64,000 nucleotides of DNA from Saccostrea echinata (lineage: Eukaryota). This document shows positions 51,401-64,000 of the stretch, one piece after another. The notes beneath the pieces are model-generated. The model was not told the DNA's origin. It saw nothing but the letters and a program-made list of their open reading frames with translations, and searched no databases. Positions within the stretch are counted from its first letter, which is position 1. Each line of letters opens with the position of its first letter. The position numbers and the translations under genes were made by a program. The stretch is taken from assembly GCF_033153115.1 (NCBI RefSeq), contig NW_026889794.1, forward strand, positions 1,674,001-1,738,000, read 5' to 3'.

Positions 51401-54400
51401 ACCTCAAACTATGTTAAAAACAATGGTTGTAATGGCTGGAGCCAGCTGTGTATCTGAGCAGGAAAAATTTAAGGCATATACCCGATGTTTCTAGGAATGC
51501 TTATAAGTCTGAAATAGAGATTTGGACCAAAATTTAACTCCTAAATATCCAACCAATAGGAGAGTGTGTTTGGTAGGTTCAAATATCACAAGGAAAAATA
51601 TCCTCATACCTAAGATTCATTTTAACATACAGAAATAGATCAAAAGATAAATATTTTTTTTTTTAACATACAGAAATAGATCAAAAGATAAATAAATCTT
51701 TCTTTTAACATACAGAAATAAATCAAAAGATAAATGAATCTTTTTTTTTTAACATACAGGAATAGATCAAAAGATAAATGAATCTTTTTTTAACATACAG
51801 GAATAGATCAAAAGATAAATGAATCTTTTTTTAACATACAGGAATAGATCAAAAGATAAATGAATCTTTTTTTAACATACAGGAATAGATCAAAAGATAA
51901 ATGAATCTTTTTTTAACATACAGGAATAGATCAAAAGATAAATGAATCTTTTTTTCTGCAGTTGCTCTTAAGTAATATATATGGTAGTACAATGTAAATA
52001 TACCTGCAGTGATATTTATGACATGATGCATGAAAGGGTTAGATACATGTATGATAGAAGAGGACACACACAATCCAATACATGCATGATATGATAGGAT
52101 AGACACATGTCCCGATATATGCATACTATTGTCTTCCCAAGGAACACAAAAATACAAATATCCAGACAAAACAAAAAGTGTTCAATGTTGACTAATTTTA
52201 TCACTGGGCATTGAGATTTCAACTAAATAATTCTTTATGGACTTGCCAAATTATTGATGATAATTTAGATACATGTACTTTTTATTCAGATCGTGCCATT
52301 CAATTTGTTTTTTTTTTTAATATAATACAGTTGAACTCCGATATCTCGGAGGTATCTAGAATACCATGGATATGTTGAAGTCACTTGGAAGTTTATGTAT
52401 GTTAACCTTGTTATCTTGAATCCTTGGATATCTCAGGGTTTTTTTCTGTCCCGGCCATTGAGTTCGAGATAATAATTAAAGTTTGACTGTATATCTGTTA
52501 TTCTTGAATTTCAATTACATGTGTAATTGTTAACAAAAAAAAATCATTGCTCTTTTCTCTTAATCTGTAATTTAAGCACTTTGGAATGCTGTGGATATTT
52601 CATGAAATAGACAGTAAAATAATATACTTTCTGAAAACACACAGTAAACAGAAAATCTGATAAGATACATACACAATAAAACAGGCATTATTCACAATAC
52701 CATACATGCTGGGAATGACAGAATTGTCAGTGATAGCAATAGAGTTACTATTAACAGTAAAGGAAATTCAAATACATGTATATGATCATCTTGGGATTAA
52801 AACCTAGCTATTTTCCGATATGAAATAGCTTTTCCAAAAGGAGGAATGATAAATTGTTGTTTCCCAAATTTCCAGTTCTGTGTCTTTTTTTGTTTTATTA
52901 TAATGAAACAGAATAAAACAAAAGTTTATCAGTCCAATTCTTCAAACAATATTGAAGGAAAAAATTACAGCAATGTGAAGAAAAAGAAATAAAATTTCAT
53001 ACATTTTTTTATTCAACAACAGCATCATCAACAACAAAATGTATAAGGTAATCAAATGGATCTAAAAACTTTAGATCTCCCTGCACCAAGAACACCATAC
53101 CTACCAATTAATTTTATTGGTTGAAACTTTATAAGCTTTGCCTGCAAATACATTAAGCCGTCTTTGTTGCAGGGAGTAGTCCCATTTCTGGGGAGAGTGT
53201 AGCTTTCAAATGGATAGAAGTGATTTTAGGAAAATGATAGATTTTATTGTTTTGAAATATCATTGGCAAATACATATAACAAGCAGTCTGACTAAAGCCA
53301 GCCCCTAGTGACTGGCTTTATTCAGACTGATATAACAAGGTTTTGCTTTTAAAACAAGAAAATATGTGTACACTCTTCAAACTGATTTTATAAAAAAAAA
53401 GATTTTATGTGTTTTCTTTCATGAATCTTCCACATTTTGTATGTGATTATAGGCTAGCTATACATGTACCTTTACCACATTTTGTATGAGATTACAGGCT
53501 AGCTACACCTTTACCATATTTTGTTTGTGATTACAGGCTAGCTACACCTTTACCACATTTTGTTTGTGATTATAGGCTAGCTACACCTTTACCACATTTT
53601 TTATGTGATTATAGGCTAGCTACATCTTTTCTACATTTTGTTCGTGATTATAGGCTAGCTTCAGCTTTAATATGTTGTATGTGATTTTAAGTGTACACTT
53701 TTACCAAGTGTTGTGTATGATAATAGGCTAGCTATACCTTTTCCACATTTTGTATGTAATAATAAGCCAGCTACACCTTGACCACATTTTGTGATTACAG
53801 GCTAGCTACACCTTTGCTGAGAAACATTACCAGGCTCTGTTGTCCAATAATACAATGGCTGAACTATTTGAGGAGAATGGGAGACATCTGGGGATTGAAT
53901 TTGACCAGCGGGAGGAAATACGCACCAAGTTTGGTGGTTCTACAGACATGGGTAACGTCTCTCATGTGGTTCCCAGTATTCACCCAAAATTCTACATAGG
54001 AACCACAGTTAGCAATCACTCCAAAGGTTTTACAACAGCTGCAGGTCAGTTCACCATGGAAACTAAAGGTTTTTATTAATTAGCAAAGTATACATTTTTT
54101 CATTGTAATTTGTCATTCTGAGCCTGCAAAATAATACATCTACATGTATATAAGCATAATAAATATGGTATTTAAAAGTATTTTAAGGATTCCTATTTTG
54201 GTGCCTTTGGCACGATTGTTTACTCTATTCTATATCCCACCAAGCTATTGCCACCACTTTTTGCATCATATTCTCAAAATATATAAATATCTTGACCTTC
54301 AAACTAGGTTTGATCAATATACTTATTCATTACTACTACCAAAATATGACCTTTTTTCAGTATTATGCAGAGAAAAATATTGATAGGGTTAATTGAAGAT

Positions 54401-54758
54401 TGTGTCAATTACTGGTAAATCATGGAGTAGGTTTGTGCTAGATTTTAAATACATATATGCACCCTAAAATAAGTACGTATATACACACTATTGGCTAAAC
54501 TGAATTATCACAAATGTTTCACAGCACAATATCTTTAACTATTGTCTTGAGCATTGCTGAAATCAATTCATTGTATGCCAAGTAGAATTATTTTTAGAAT
54601 TATTCAAATTTCATCTTTCAGGAGCAGATATCGCCCAGAGTTACAGCCTGGCAGTAGCAAAATCCTTAGCAATGACGGCTGTAGACATTATGTCCAAACC
54701 AGGGCTGATGGCTAAAATACAGGAGGACTTTCATAAAGACCTACAAAGTGTATCCTAG
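48460..54758 (+). CDS. PM20D2: Peptidase M20 domain-containing protein 2 (Xaa-Arg dipeptidase/amidohydrolase), about 400 aa; exons 48460-48834, 49097-49245, 49481-49623, 50733-50887, 53801-54044, 54622-54758
   Basis: [81 protein letters not shown]; GT-AG introns with consistent phases. Confidence 0.95.
50974..51102. mobile_element. Harbinger-like hairpin MITE (129 bp)
   Basis: Near-palindromic GCTCCGGGGTCATA..GAGCTCACTTTTGATCTCAGTCTC / GAGACTGAGATCAAAAGTGAGCTC..TATGGCCCCGGAGC; CAG TSD; termini resemble the 1201-6500 element. Confidence 0.85.
51618..51955. repeat. ~41-bp minisatellite, about 8 copies (PM20D2 intron 4)
   Basis: Unit TTTTTTTAACATACAGGAATAGATCAAAAGATAAATGAATC. Confidence 0.95.
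52328..52489. mobile_element. pogo/Tigger-like MITE
   Basis: TA|CAGTTGAACTCCGATATCTCG .. CGAGATAAT..AGTTTGACTG|TA. Confidence 0.6.
53430..53815. repeat. 39-bp minisatellite, about 10 copies, spanning the PM20D2 exon-5 splice acceptor
   Basis: Unit CCACATTTTGTWTGTGATTAYAG|GCTAGCTACACCTTTA; the last copy is the real intron/exon junction. Confidence 0.93.
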
Positions 54759-54996
54759 TTTTACCAGGTGTGGAAAAATGACAATACCTTGATATTGTTG
54801 GATTCTATTTATTATATTAAACCAGATTTTATGATTAGAAAAATACATAACTGTTAACTTTTTCACACAAAAAAAAATTCTATGGTTTATCTGAAGATTT
54901 TATTAATAAGATTTGATGATGTTTGAAATTTTAAGCCAGTTTCATGAAAGCATTGAAAAAATACATGAGAATTTATACAACATGTTTTGAACTTAA

Positions 54997-56505
54997 GGAC
55001 GTACACAACGTAGTTTGAACACTATTGTCTTTTTCCCTGGAGTAAAAGAATTGCAATACTTGAAGGACCTGTGTTCTGCTCTTTTAATGTCTATACAGAA
55101 ACTTCCATTTTATCGGATAGCGGTTTAACGAATATTTCGGCTATTTCAATATAATATCAGAGTACAAAACCATTTCTTATATATTTATTAATAATTTCAC
55201 CTGATATTCTGATGAGAAAATATTGGAATTTCGTTTTATCCGATACAAAAATTTAGACTATCATAGTGTTTTTTGATAATCAGCACCTTGTTCACACCTC
55301 CAACTTCGTATGTGAAGCCTTTGTTTAGTACACAGTTTGACACCAATTACCTTGACTGGCTTGAGTACGACAATGAGGGGATTAGTTACGGCTGGACGCA
55401 CACAGGCACCTTACCTGTGTCAATAGTGGGCATAGTAAATAGATATGTTTTGATTACAGTTGTGGTGATCAGCTTGGGTTCAATGATGCACTTGTTAATT
55501 ATGACAATTATTTGCAATTTTTTCGGCGTGAAATTTATTTATTAAACTGATTAGCTTGTGTATGACAATTTACTTGGATAATGAAATAAGCCTATTCAAT
55601 CGTTTAACTTGGTCAATTGGCTTAATATTTATTCACTTTTCAGTGCAAAATTTATGGTAAAAATAATAAATGGACCGTTCTATAAAAATACGTTTCAAAA
55701 TTCATACCATCTTTCTCCACATGGCTCTCAAAATCTCTCTTCAGCAGACAAGAACGAGACTGGTAAACTCACACACAGTATAAAATACGTAACCGTATTA
55801 AAGAAACAAATAAAAACGAAACAATTACATATATTTAATATTTTTGTTTATTTTTAATTTACAATCTATCTAGGGAAAAATAGTTTACGGTTATTAATCA
55901 AGCATTTAGTCTACTTCCGTTTCCAAAATGGCGACCATCGAAGAAGGAATGTAAACATGTGCTGAAGAAAGATGGCAATAACTATCAAAGAATATATTCT
56001 ATACGTCAATTTATTTGAAAAAAAAATTTCATATTAAATTCATAAGTAAGTGAAATAAATTATTTTTAGTAAAGTTATTAAGTAAACATGTCAAAAGAAA
56101 ACGAATGTGCAAGCTGGAAATTTGGAAATTTGGAAATATTATCAATACATGTAGCTCTATGCATCTATCTTTGGACTCGGTATGAAGCAATCGGCTATTC
56201 TAATTTTCGGCTATTCGGATAAAACAAGGCTGACAACTTGACTATTCGATAAAACGGGAACCACTGTATATGGTGCTGTACACCTCTTCCAAAACAAATT
56301 TAGATGAAAAAACATCTAGAATATATGTTTAGTAATTTTTGTATATTTTTCTTTGAATAATACAAGAGTTTTCATTAATTGATATTTATTCAAAACCCCT
56401 GGTAATGCACACTGATTTTTTGTCTGCGAACATCTAATGGTACTATAATTTCAAATTAAGAATATCTTGAAAAATTATTAGTAGGTAAGATAGGTGGGTA
56501 TGTCC
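54997..56505. mobile_element. Kolobok-like MITE (TTAA TSD) hosting a pogo-like insertion
   Basis: TTAA|GGACGTACACAAC .. GGTGGGTATGTCC|TTAA. Confidence 0.55.
55096..56266 (+). mobile_element. Tc1/mariner-pogo-like non-autonomous element, copy 1 (1171 bp)
   Basis: TA TSD; imperfect TIRs CAGAAACTTCCATTTTATCGGATAG / CTATTCGATAAAACGGGAACCACTG. Confidence 0.85.
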
Positions 56506-56954
56506 TTAAGGTTTTCTTGAAGTACATGTATTTTGTACAAATGAACTATATCATGAGTCTTCACTTAAGGATTTTGAAAAAAAATTATGAGATGTTCAAC
56601 TACATTGTTTGTCCAATTAAAACCCCTTCAAATAAAAAAATCAGAATACCCAGTAACCAGTGTGTCGCTTTCAGTAAAAAAGAATTTTAAAATACTTTTG
56701 TAATTCTTGAATTCACCGCTATATTATAATATTATTTTAGAATGAAACCTCATGTTGATTGGTTTTGCTATTGTGTAACCAAAGAGAGCAGCATATATTA
56801 GCGACACGGTAGTGAATTCAGTTAAACATTTCCATCATTTTTGATATGGAAAACATTTCAAGGTTAGAATTGAACATGGGTCATTGACATTTTGTAAACT
56901 TTAAAAACCCAGAAGGTCAGCTAGCAATATGGTTTGAATCACTGTCCTCCTATA

Positions 56955-57025
56955 ACTTTTAAGATTGAGCATCGAGCTGGTCGGTCACATAGCGATGCAG
57001 ATGCCCTATCCCATAGACCTTATAG
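56955..57025 (+). mobile_element. Ty3/Gypsy RNase H C-terminal fragment
   Basis: FKIEHRAGRSHSDADALSHRP matches the F-x-I-x-H-R-x-G-x-x-H-x-N-ADALSR motif. Confidence 0.55.
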
Positions 57026-57242
57026 TGTAACTTGTCTTGTTTATCAACCTGTAATTTCTCAATATGGCTCTGTATGTTGGAGATGGATTGATAGAAATGG
57101 CTTGTTGTCAGGTCTTTTTCCGCATATACTCATGAGATTCAAATTTGTATCAGTTATTTATTCTACAAACAGAAATTATTGATTCATGTTGATTGTTACT
57201 TAATAAAATAGTGAATTTTGATCTAATAGCTTTATTTCTTCA

Positions 57243-59570
57243 TTTTAACTCACCTCAAAGAGGTTGGGGGGAGATTATGCAATACCCTCGGCATCTGTTT
57301 GGCATCCCAGGTTAAAGTTTTTGGAGCAGATTTCTTTTAAGTACTTCTATGCCCTATATTAGTCAGAGATGCATGGACAATGCTTCTATTATGTTTCATT
57401 GTACCAGTCAAGGTTTCAGATGCTTCAATTTCAGCTACAGAATGACCAGGTTAATGTTTTTGGAGCACATTAAAGTTTTTGGAGCAGGTTCATTTAAAAG
57501 TAACTACAGTGGTTCCCGTTTTATCGAATAGTCAAGTTGTCAGCCTTGTTTTATCCGAATAGCCGAAAATTAGAATAGCCGATTGCTTCATACCGAGTCC
57601 AAAGATAGATGCATAGAGCTACATGTATTGATAATACATCGTAGCAAATTTCCAGCTTGCACATTCGTTTTCTTTTGACATGTTTACTTAATAACTTTAC
57701 TAAAAATAATTTATTTCACTTACTTATGAATTTAATATGAAATTTTTTTTTCAAATAAATTGACGTATAGAATATATTCTTTGATAGTTATTGCCATCTT
57801 TCTTCAGCACATGTTTACATTCCTTCTTCGATGGTCGCCATTTTGGAAACGGAAGTAGACTAAATGCTTGATTAATAACCGTAAACTATTTTTCCCTAGA
57901 TAGATTGTAAATTAAAAATAAACAAAAATATTAAATATATGTAATTGTTTCGTTTTTATTTGTTTCTTTAATACGGTTACGTATTTTATACTGTGTGTGA
58001 GTTTACCAGTCTCGTTCTTGTCTGCTGAAGAGAGATTTTGAGAGCCATGTGGAGAAAGATGGTATGAATTTTGAAACGTATTTTTATAGAACGGTCCATT
58101 TATTATTTTTACCATAAATTTTGCACTGAAAAGTGAATAAATATTAAGCCAATTGACCAAGTTAAACGATTGAATAGGCTTATTTCATTATCCAAGTAAA
58201 TTGTCATACACAAGCTAATCAGTTTAATAAATAAATTTCACGCCGAAAAAATTGCAAATAATTGTCATAATTAACAAGTGCATCATTGAACCCAAGCTGA
58301 TCACCACAACTGTAATCAAAACATATCTATTTACTATGCCCACTATTGACACAGGTAAGGTGCCTGTGTGCGTCCAGCCGTAACTAATCCCCTCATTGTC
58401 GTACTCAAGCCAGTCAAGGTAATTGGTGTCAAACTGTGTACTAAACAAAGGCTTCACATACGAAGTTGGAGGTGTGAACAAGGTGCTGATTATCAAAAAA
58501 CACTATGATAGTCTAAATTTTTGTATCGGATAAAACGAAATTCCAATATTTTCTCATCAGAATATCAGGTGAAATTATTAATAAATATATAAGAAATGGT
58601 TTTGTACTCTGATATTATATTGAAATAGCCGAAATATTCGTTAAACCGCTATCCGATAAAATGGAAGTTTCTGTAATATGTTGACGGTGCGACCGCTGGG
58701 GCGAGCGCATTGTTCACTTCATTTTAAGATCCTCCTCTTCAAACCGCACGAGACATTTGGAACGTCTAAACTGTGACGTCACATGACGTGGTATGTTAGC
58801 TGCATTTCCATAAACACAGTTTAAAAAGTGCAAATATTTAACAAAGAACGTTTAATCTACTATCTGCATGCAATAGCCATTAAATTAAGGTGAGTTTATT
58901 TTTTGTGAGATTTTAGTTGTTGTCACCGCGTGAACGAAGTTAGCAGCGAGAACAAGAAGCGATGCATTGTGGGTCAGAATTACTGCGGAAAAAAATTCTA
59001 TTGAATGAATGTGCAGTAGTCCGAATTTTCTCTTCGCCCAGGCGTTGTCGTTAGAGCTCGCAGTGACGAGCGGCGCTTCGCGCCGCTCGCTGCGCTCGCT
59101 ATAAGTGCTATGTTGACCAAACTTGCATGGATTATACATCTAAGGATGCACACTACTGGACTTGCTTCGGATGCTGGATCTGACATACATTTTCTGGATG
59201 AGTGTCATTGAGTGACCAGGTTAAAGTTTTTGGAGCAGGTCCAAGAAACTGTATGGCCTATTTTAACCAAACTTACATGAATGATGGATCAAGAGATGCA
59301 CACTACTAGAGTTGCTTGGGATACTGGATTTGACCTACATTTTCTAGATGAGTTCCAGTGTAACATCAAGCCCTACCCAGGTGATGCATCAAGAGATGAA
59401 CACTCTCAAACTTGCTTCAGATACTAAACTTGTATTAGATTTTCGGGATGAGTGCCTAGTTTCAAGTTTTTAGAACAAGTCCATTTCCAAGTAACTGCAA
59501 GCCCTATATATCAGACCAAAATTGCATAAATGTTGCACCTAGCTAGGGTTGTACACAACTAGATTATTAC
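57243..59570 (-). mobile_element. Decayed Helentron-like element with internal satellite units, interrupted by pogo-like copy 2
   Basis: Terminus TTTTAACTCACC; repeated GGTTAAAGTTTTTGGAGCAGG / GATGCACACTACT units at about 57310, 57450-57490, 59140-59480. Right boundary approximate. Confidence 0.45.
57507..58673 (-). mobile_element. Tc1/mariner-pogo-like non-autonomous element, copy 2 (1167 bp), inverted relative to copy 1
   Basis: Reverse complement of 55096-56266 with its own TA TSD; identical ORF-track peptides on the opposite strand. Confidence 0.88.
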
Positions 59571-59628
59571 TTTAGTGTGGGACTTTGCCTCACTAAAAGA
59601 ATCTGTAATCTTTAATTACATGTACTTA

Positions 59629-60114
59629 CAGATTGTGCCAAAAGTGAAGATAGTTTTACTTTTTTTCTATATATTTCATTGAAAACATCGTTTTGTAAAA
59701 TCACTGGAATGACAACGTTTCTTGACAGATTTTACCACAGTTTTCTCGATAATCCAAGAAATTGTTATAATTGATAAAAACAATAGTTTTTATCTGATCA
59801 GCATCGATATTTAAAAAATATTGTAATTTAAGTGCAACATGAAAATTTAAGTCATATATGCACAATGAATTATATAGTCAACATTGATCTTGAATTTTAG
59901 AACTGATGTAAATGATGAACTATCTTTTTCTAAAAACTAAATATGTAATGATCTTTTAGAAAAAAAAATAACTACACATTTTTTGGTTTAAGTACTGAAA
60001 TAAATAATGAAATTACACAAAAATTGACCATTTGCCAGCGATTTAACTATATGTGATTTTCAATGAAATATATAGAGAAAAAATAAAATTATCTTCACTT
60101 TTGGCACACATCTG
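59629..60114. mobile_element. Tc1/mariner-like MITE
   Basis: TA|CAGATTGTGCCAAAAGTGAAGATA .. TATCTTCACTTTTGGCACACATCTG|TA. Confidence 0.8.
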
Positions 60115-61292
60115 TATGTTTGACTGTTCTTACAGATAGAATTAAAGGATAAATAACATGAACAAACTCTTTACAGAAATCAGCAATATATATCTATTAG
60201 ATGTATGTTCATATAGATAACTAAAATAATGTTTGCCAAACCAAAGTCAGAAATTTGTAAGATTTTGTAATAATGTCATTAAAATATGGGCAAAAATTTG
60301 TATAGATTTATAGAGAAAAAGGCACAAACTTGCACATTTGAACACCAAAGAAATCCTACAATTTCGTCATCTTTTAGAAATCCATTATTCTTATGTCATA
60401 ACGGTTCAAAATCAGTCAAAAACCAGACACCTTATCAACACCTAAGCTCCTCTGGTCTCTGACCATTAAGGATAAATATACTTGTATATCTGTGTTATGT
60501 ATTCTTAATCCAGTAACAAAGATGGGTTGTTATGAGGGCAAGTTTATTTGACCAGAATACCAGTGATCTCCAGAATTTCTGTGCCCCGTGTCACAAAACA
60601 CCTGAAACAAGAGTCAAAATCTCTGTGTTCCTATTAAATGATATTGAAATCTGAAGTGTAAAGATGCAAGATTTCATCACCTGATTTCTCCATATTACCA
60701 AATTTGAGTTCAGTTTATGATTAATAAGCATCTTACAAATTATCAAATTTTTATTTGAATATGTTTCCTGATTTCAGGACTGTTTCCAGTAATGATTCCC
60801 AGTAAAATTTTGAACAGTGGCCTCTTGAATGCAAGAGAGATATTCTGTTCCAATGGTTATTGCCGAATTGCATATCAAAAGCCATTATAAAATCTTACAT
60901 ACATTGTATCCATATTAATTATTAGTTTATTAGTTGGTACATATTTATGATCAAAAATAAGATGCATTGTGCACTATACATAAACATTTTAGCTTGAGAA
61001 ATCTGTTATTAAGTTCATCAATTTTAAAAAGTGGTGATGTTTTTTTAAATTGAATTTGAGAATATGCAAAGACAATGTCTGAAGTTTTATGAATAACATA
61101 ATACATTATACTAATAAAGTTGTGAAATTTAATGTACGTAAAGGTACTTCATGTACTTGCATGCTGAATGTATGAAATGACTTATTTTATAAGTCATCCC
61201 AAAATGTAGTTTTCTTGGCAAGATAACTAAAAAGTTTGTTTTTTTTTAATTCAAGGTTATTTGCCATAATGGTAAGATTATTCAAAGAGTTT

Positions 61293-64000
61293 CTATTCAG
61301 GAAGGTAGCTAGCCGTTTGAAATATAGATGGTAATTTTCCAAACTGCGTTCGTTTCGCTAAAATTGTTGTTATCTTTTCCAGTTCGTCGTTGTCCTCGCT
61401 GTTCTCCAAGATTTTGGAAAGATCAGCAGACGACTTTAGGAGTCCATGTCTATGCATGTCTGATTCCATGATATCGGGTAAGATCAAGGTATTAGTGGGA
61501 GGTTTATCATGTCGGACATCTAAACGAATCGCCACACTGTTTGGGGTTCCCCTATGATGCTGAAGATCTTCGAAATCTCCGTCTTTGGCATGTCTCTTGT
61601 TGGATGAAGTTGATTCACCTACTATAATGTCTGTGCCTGTCCTCGGAACGATGTCTATTGAGAGATCTGTGATGCTGGAATCACTATTTTTGACGAGTGC
61701 ATCACGTTGTTCTTCAATAAAGTTGTCGTTATCCTCTCTAAAAATGGCAAGATGAGGATTGTATTCTTTAACCTCTGTTGTGAGGTAGTCGTCATAGTTT
61801 TCGTAGGCCTTCTGCATTTCGTAGGTCGATTCTGGTGACGATGAGAGCGATTCTGAGTTTTCAGATGCTTTCTCAAGAACAGGCGTCTCGGAGAAACATG
61901 GGGAATTTTGCTTCAGAGATGAAGTTTTCTCCATTAAATCAGATATCTGACTTTCTTTCCACTGCAGTTTCTTCTGCAAATGTTCAATTTCCACGCGAAC
62001 AGTGGCAGCCATATTGCGCAGTAGTTTAAGATCTGTCACCGGTGTAGATGACTGGTAGTTGCTAGATCCCCTCACCGTTGATCTCAATCTTTCCAACTCT
62101 CTGAAAATTGCCACTTTCACCTTTTCCTCTTTGGCTAAGTATTTGCGAACTGTTTCCGATAGAGGTTCCTCCTTCTTCGGAAAAGTATTCAAAAGTTGGA
62201 GAATGCTCCGTTTTTCGTCTAAAATGTCATCTGCATTTTCCTTGCTGTCACGTGCTCTTTCTATCACTAATTTCACGTTTCTTTCCAGAACTGTTAGTTT
62301 AACATAATCTGCCTCTTCAATTAAACTGCTGTCACTTTCTTCCAAAAATCTCTTTAACATAAGATTTATAGACCTGATTTTTCCATTGAAGTTGGTAAAT
62401 CGGTCTTTCAACTTGATCAAAGAATTGCTGTTGGCAGCATTGAATTTAGCTTGAACAGCGAGTTCAGTTTTATATGCTTTCTTTCGTTCATTTTCCTCTC
62501 TTTTCATCAACTCCGTTTCAATGTTTCGCTTTCGCAGTTCCACATTCAACTTCTTTACCTCATCCGAGATTTGGCGAACCTGTTAAAAGGAACAGAATAC
62601 ATAGTCCATGTCTCGAGTACTCAAATAAAAAATAAAGTATACCTAATGCAATTTTGAGCGTATTTTTAGGCAACAGAATTTACAAAGCATGTCATGTCTC
62701 TAGTTTTAAGAATTGCGTACCTGCTTTTGTTTCTTGTCGAGTTTAAATCGTAAGGCTTTTTCTGTTTCAAAGCTCGCCCTTCGTGTTTCAAGGAGTTCAG
62801 TTCGCTCCTCTGGGAATTTCTCCCACATATTCAGCAGGGATTTCTCCTTCATCTTTGAGGAAATCACAATAAAAGTGTTATTTTTTTTATAACGGATGGG
62901 TTTTGATGCTCTTGTCAGAGAAAAACAAGTTTTATACCCAATCAAGTACAGATTCACGCGTCTCTTTACCTTTGACTCAATTGTCCTGATGAATTTCATC
63001 TTCATTTCATCTGGGACTTGGTTGAAAATGGAAGGATACTTTTTAAATATTTCATCTGCCTTAATAACTTTGAGGTCAGCTCCTAGAAATTGGAAACATG
63101 AGTAATGTGGACGTTATATACCCCTACAGAGTTTACCTCTGATTCTGTAGAGCTACGGCAAGCGTTCATTTTGGTTCAGAGACTCTAAAATAGTTTACAC
63201 TGATAAAATTCTGCTTGTGAAAGGCAAAACTTTCTGAACCTTTTGAACCATGCATAAAAAGGTCACCTGCTTTGAATACCTAAAGTTTTCAAATTTTCTT
63301 CATTGCGCCCCTAAAAGAAACCTTAATCCTCTTTGTTTCATCTTTTCAATAAATATATAATGAATCCATTTTATCTCAAGCCCGTAGCAACGGTTTCAAA
63401 AGTGGGAGGATGGCAACTTCCCCACAAAAAAAAAATCTGTCAAGCAATAAAAACAAATCTTAACTGACCAAAAGTGTGTATGTGTGTGTGTGTGGGGGAG
63501 GGGGGGGGGGGCAACTTCCCAAAATTATCTGACAAGCAAAAAAAAGCTAATTTAGTGTCCAAATCCTGAAATTTGCCTGTGCTCGACCTTTCAGCATCTA
63601 AAGGAAAATTTACTACAGCAAAATTTATATTCAGAAAAAAGTGGGAGGCCGGGCCTCCCCCCCCCCCACCCCCACCCCGCGTTCTACGGGCCTGAATCTG
63701 CAGTTGCCATTGTTTCTTTAAAGGAGATGGACGAACAAGGCGAGCAAAATGCCTATTGTGCAACAAAGAAGAAGTGAAAAATTAAATCTCAATTATGACA
63801 AGATTTACTTTGATACTTCATTTAACATTAATGTATGCTTTATGTAAAATCTTCACATCGCAACAATCTCACAAAGATTGAAATAATATTCGTCAATGAA
63901 ATAGCATATACATGTATACACCAAAGAGGACAAAAATGATCAATTCTTCAAACTAAAACATCATTTTCCCATATGAGTGGGTCTTACCTCCATTTTCTTG
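61293..64000 (-). CDS. Uncharacterised coiled-coil protein, 3' part; exons >64000-63988, 63082-62970, 62852-62721, 62579-61293
   Basis: 418+ aa terminal exon rich in E/K/L heptads then a low-complexity tail. Upstream GT-AG exons join in frame (QENG-G-ADLKVIK..IESK / MKEKSLL..KQKQ / VRQISDEVKK). No family recognised. Confidence 0.75.
63377..63694. mobile_element. Short TIR element (MITE) in intron
   Basis: CAAGCCCGTAGCAACG / CGTTCTACGGGCCTG termini with internal G/C runs; TSD not clear. Confidence 0.4.

Noticed and set aside
55273-55857. Duplicated 90-aa and 82-aa ORFs (mirrored at 57912-58496)
   Set aside because: Non-ATG starts inside a non-autonomous element; no recognisable transposase or domain.
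63137-63170. Small ATG exon MNACRSSTESE for the coiled-coil gene
   Set aside because: Phase 0 donor does not match the phase-1 exon at 63082; the donor at 63988 does.

Overview
AT-rich, repeat-dense animal genomic DNA, very probably a bivalve of the oyster family (inferred from the TLR/TRIM expansions, the sperm H1-type gene and the repeat families); two N-gaps. From 1 to 30 kb is a minus-strand tandem cluster of three paralogous Toll-like receptor genes: one open ORF running off the left edge, one pseudogene, and one intact two-exon gene. At 33-36 kb is a B-box/NHL TRIM-like pseudogene split by a Helitron. From 37 to 55 kb is a compact block: METTL6 (5 coding exons), an intronless YBEY ending only 75 nt before the METTL6 ATG, a solitary RS-repeat protamine-like histone H1 (PL-I type) with a histone stem-loop, and PM20D2 (6 exons). 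The window ends with the 3' exons of an uncharacterised coiled-coil gene. Many non-autonomous elements are present (Harbinger-, Spy-, pogo/Tc1-, Kolobok-like MITEs, Helitron/Helentrons, Deu/Nin-type tRNA SINEs, Penelope-like, Crypton and Gypsy remnants). Most notable: (1) a probable shared-promoter or bicistronic YBEY-METTL6 unit joining two RNA-maturation enzymes; (2) two minisatellites built from amplified splice junctions (TLR exon-1 donor x4, PM20D2 exon-5 acceptor about x10); (3) a PL-I gene with a duplicated RS head and overlapping poly(A)/stem-loop signals. All calls come from manual reading; no database searches were run.
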